Shown here: in pieces, positions 53,167-54,761 of the stretch
Layout of the letters: each line of letters starts with the position of its first letter
Position numbering within the stretch: position 1 is the stretch's first letter
Virus record (IMG/VR): IMGVR_UViG_3300016478_000067
Span: 1-54,761 of that record
DNA length: 54,761 nucleotides
Strand: one strand, 5' to 3'
Origin: a virus
Lineage: Duplodnaviria > Caudoviricetes
Program-made: the position numbers and the translations under genes
The notes under the pieces: model-generated
What the model was told of the DNA's origin: nothing
The model's database searches: none
The model's input: only the letters and a program-made list of their open reading frames with translations

Positions 53167-53825
53167 AGCTCACCCCCGATCCCGTGGGCACGCTCAGCGG
53201 CTCTCACGCCTTGCTTGAAGTCCCACGGGTCTGGCAAATCCTCGCCGTTGTAGGGAAGCGCGAGCCTGTGGTCGTTGATTTGCGCATCCGTCAGCGGCTC
53301 GCGCTTGGGCTGCGGGCGGGTGTAGAGCAGCCTCATCTCATAGCAGTGACCTGGCCCGGTGTTTCTGCTAGGGTCTGTTACCGCCCTGCCGTAAGCCAAA
53401 GATTCAGGCTCCCATGCACCCCAGTCGCAGAAGTGATTCTTTCCATCTGCAGAAATATCGGATGGTGTCCTGAGTGATCTTGTCCTCACCAAGCACGCCA
53501 CCGGCTCCTGCTCGACTTGCGGCTGCTTCACCACTGGCGGCTGAGGCGCGGCGGCGAGCATGTGCTCCCAGTCGGTCGCGGCGCAGCCTGGCCATGCGAC
53601 CGCAGCGAGCATGTCCTCGGTCGGCTCCACCGGGACCAGCTTCCAGCCAGCGGGCACCATGTCGAGGTGCTGCCCGGGATGGTCGGGTTGCTCCAGTGCT
53701 GCGCGGAGTGCGCATATCAAGTCCATCTTTTGCTGCCGAGTGCTGCTGTTCAGCGCTTCAAGGTAATGCACAAGGTCTAGCGCCTGCTCCACAACGGAGC
53801 GCGGCAGGGTGATGGTGTTGGTCAT
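53163..53825 (-). CDS. Hypothetical mosaic protein (Nin/Ea-region-like)
   Basis: VPAGWKLVPVEPTEDM..AAAPQP, QEPVA, EPLTD motifs. Confidence 0.7.
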   Translation of the reverse strand: MTNTITLPRSVVEQALDLVHYLEALNSSTRQQKMDLICALRAALEQPDHPGQHLDMVPAGWKLVPVEPTEDMLAAVAWPGCAATDWEHMLAAAPQPPVVKQPQVEQEPVACLVRTRSLRTPSDISADGKNHFCDWGAWEPESLAYGRAVTDPSRNTGPGHCYEMRLLYTRPQPKREPLTDAQINDHRLALPYNGEDLPDPWDFKQGVRAAERAHGIGGEL

Positions 53826-54151
53826 TTCATGCTCCTTCCAATTTCAGCAGCAGCGCGAACGATGGCGCGGCGGGTGGCGATTAGGCGGTCATCACCAACC
53901 TTGACGTATTCAACGTGCGCCGGGTCACCATCTCCGTTGCGCCAGATTTTAATCATCCCAACGTAGCCGTCGGTCGCCGGGAATTGATTGATGTCTAGGT
54001 GCAGGCGAACCGCCAACCTTAGCGCATCGCCGTCGTCGTCAAGCGGGTTCCAACCGTCGTACTCAAAATCTGTTTTGGTGTTGCGCAAAACACCGTCATA
54101 CGAGTAATGCGCAGCCTTCGCAGCCAGCTCCAGCAGTTCTCTGTCATTCAT
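53822..54151 (-). CDS. Hypothetical protein
   Basis: LLELAAKAA..WNPL.DDGDALRLAV.L..TRRAIVRAAAEIG family. Confidence 0.7.
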   Translation of the reverse strand: MNDRELLELAAKAAHYSYDGVLRNTKTDFEYDGWNPLDDDGDALRLAVRLHLDINQFPATDGYVGMIKIWRNGDGDPAHVEYVKVGDDRLIATRRAIVRAAAEIGRSMK

Positions 54152-54377
54152 TTCTCGGCCTTTCGTTCTTTAGCCCAACCAGGTCGAACAGGTCGCAGAT
54201 GGCAATCTGCGTGTGATAACGGCCCTTGGCGGCGTGCAGGCGCTTGACCGAATCGCGCAGCTTCTCGCGCTCCACGGTCAGCGTTCTGATGCACTCTAGT
54301 GCGTCTTGCAGACGTTCTTGCAATTCCTTGATCTCGTCGCCGTCCTCGTCCTGGGCGGCTGCGGAAAAGGCACTCAT
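54144..54377 (-). CDS. Hypothetical protein
   Basis: Coupled ORF; coiled coil. Confidence 0.55.
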   Translation of the reverse strand: MSAFSAAAQDEDGDEIKELQERLQDALECIRTLTVEREKLRDSVKRLHAAKGRYHTQIAICDLFDLVGLKNERPRNE

Positions 54378-54526
54378 TCCGTTTTTCCTTGTGTTGCTTT
54401 GGAGTTCAGTCGGCGACAGAAGTTGATGGCTGGCACCAGCAGCAGATTGCTCTGCTTTCTCGGGCCGCCTATCGAAAAGGCATACCACTGGCCACCGACC
54501 CGTTTTATGCGGATCAAGGTGCTCAT
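54374..54526 (-). CDS. Hypothetical protein
   Basis: AAGGAG RBS; ATGA overlaps. Confidence 0.5.
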   Translation of the reverse strand: MSTLIRIKRVGGQWYAFSIGGPRKQSNLLLVPAINFCRRLNSKATQGKTE

Positions 54527-54744
54527 GATTCTTCTCCTTCCGTTGCAATCCCCCACACAGCCCGGCCACCTGTGGGCTCGAACTCCCCGGCCTTCAACCT
54601 GATGTACTGCTGTCCCGGCACTCCGGCAGACTGCACGTATCCCTGAATTCCCCAGGTCTTGATCTCAGTGACGACAACCATGCAGCCGCCGAAAATGTCT
54701 CTGCTGGGATCTACCTGCACGATGTCGTGGATTTGAATGCTCAT
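54523..54744 (-). CDS. Hypothetical protein
   Basis: DIVQVDP...FGGCMVVVTE.K.WG.QGYV motif. Confidence 0.65.
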   Translation of the reverse strand: MSIQIHDIVQVDPSRDIFGGCMVVVTEIKTWGIQGYVQSAGVPGQQYIRLKAGEFEPTGGRAVWGIATEGEES

Positions 54745-54745
54745 T

Positions 54746-54761
54746 GGCGATGGCGGCGCGG
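54746..54761. repeat. Terminal direct repeat copy
   Basis: Identical to 1-16. Confidence 0.8.

Larger units (their letters stand above)
1..54761 (-). mobile_element. Tailed bacteriophage genome (podovirus-like virion, Z-genome pathway, no integrase seen)
   Basis: Terminase, portal, capsid, tail, lysin and replication genes all present. Bases 1-16 equal 54746-54761. Confidence 0.95.

Noticed and set aside
95-54646. Numerous plus-strand ORFs in the track (e.g. 5721..6521, 14052..14948, 16222..17382)
   Set aside because: Antisense shadows of well-supported minus-strand genes in GC-rich DNA; no recognisable motifs.
1-54761. Restriction-site avoidance signature expected for Z-DNA
   Set aside because: GATC, CCGG, GGCC and GCGC all look common by eye; a k-mer observed/expected calculation is needed and was not done.

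Overview
Apparently complete or near-complete (16-bp terminal overlap) ~54.7 kb genome of a tailed phage with no recognisable integrase or repressor, and essentially all genes on the minus strand. The left arm holds a full 2-aminoadenine (Z-genome) pathway: purZ-family synthetase, mazZ, datZ and a family A polymerase with DpoZ-type substitutions. It also encodes an AEP primase-polymerase, SF1 and SF2 helicases and SSB candidates. The centre (16.4-48.1 kb) is a podovirus-like morphogenesis block: terminase, portal, GroES, scaffold, capsid, GTA-like head spike pair, adaptors, nozzle, fibres, ejection proteins and a GH108 lysin. The right arm has a nuclease, thyX and many small mosaic ORFs. The most unexplained structure is a pair of ~450-bp non-coding elements (about 15920-16360 and 48395-48880) duplicated in inverted orientation, which bracket the morphogenesis block. 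Each has 9-10 CGGATAC repeats, a palindrome, an inward-firing sigma70-like promoter and a long hairpin whose 17-bp core is flipped relative to its flanks. All protein calls come from recognising motifs by eye; no database searches were run.
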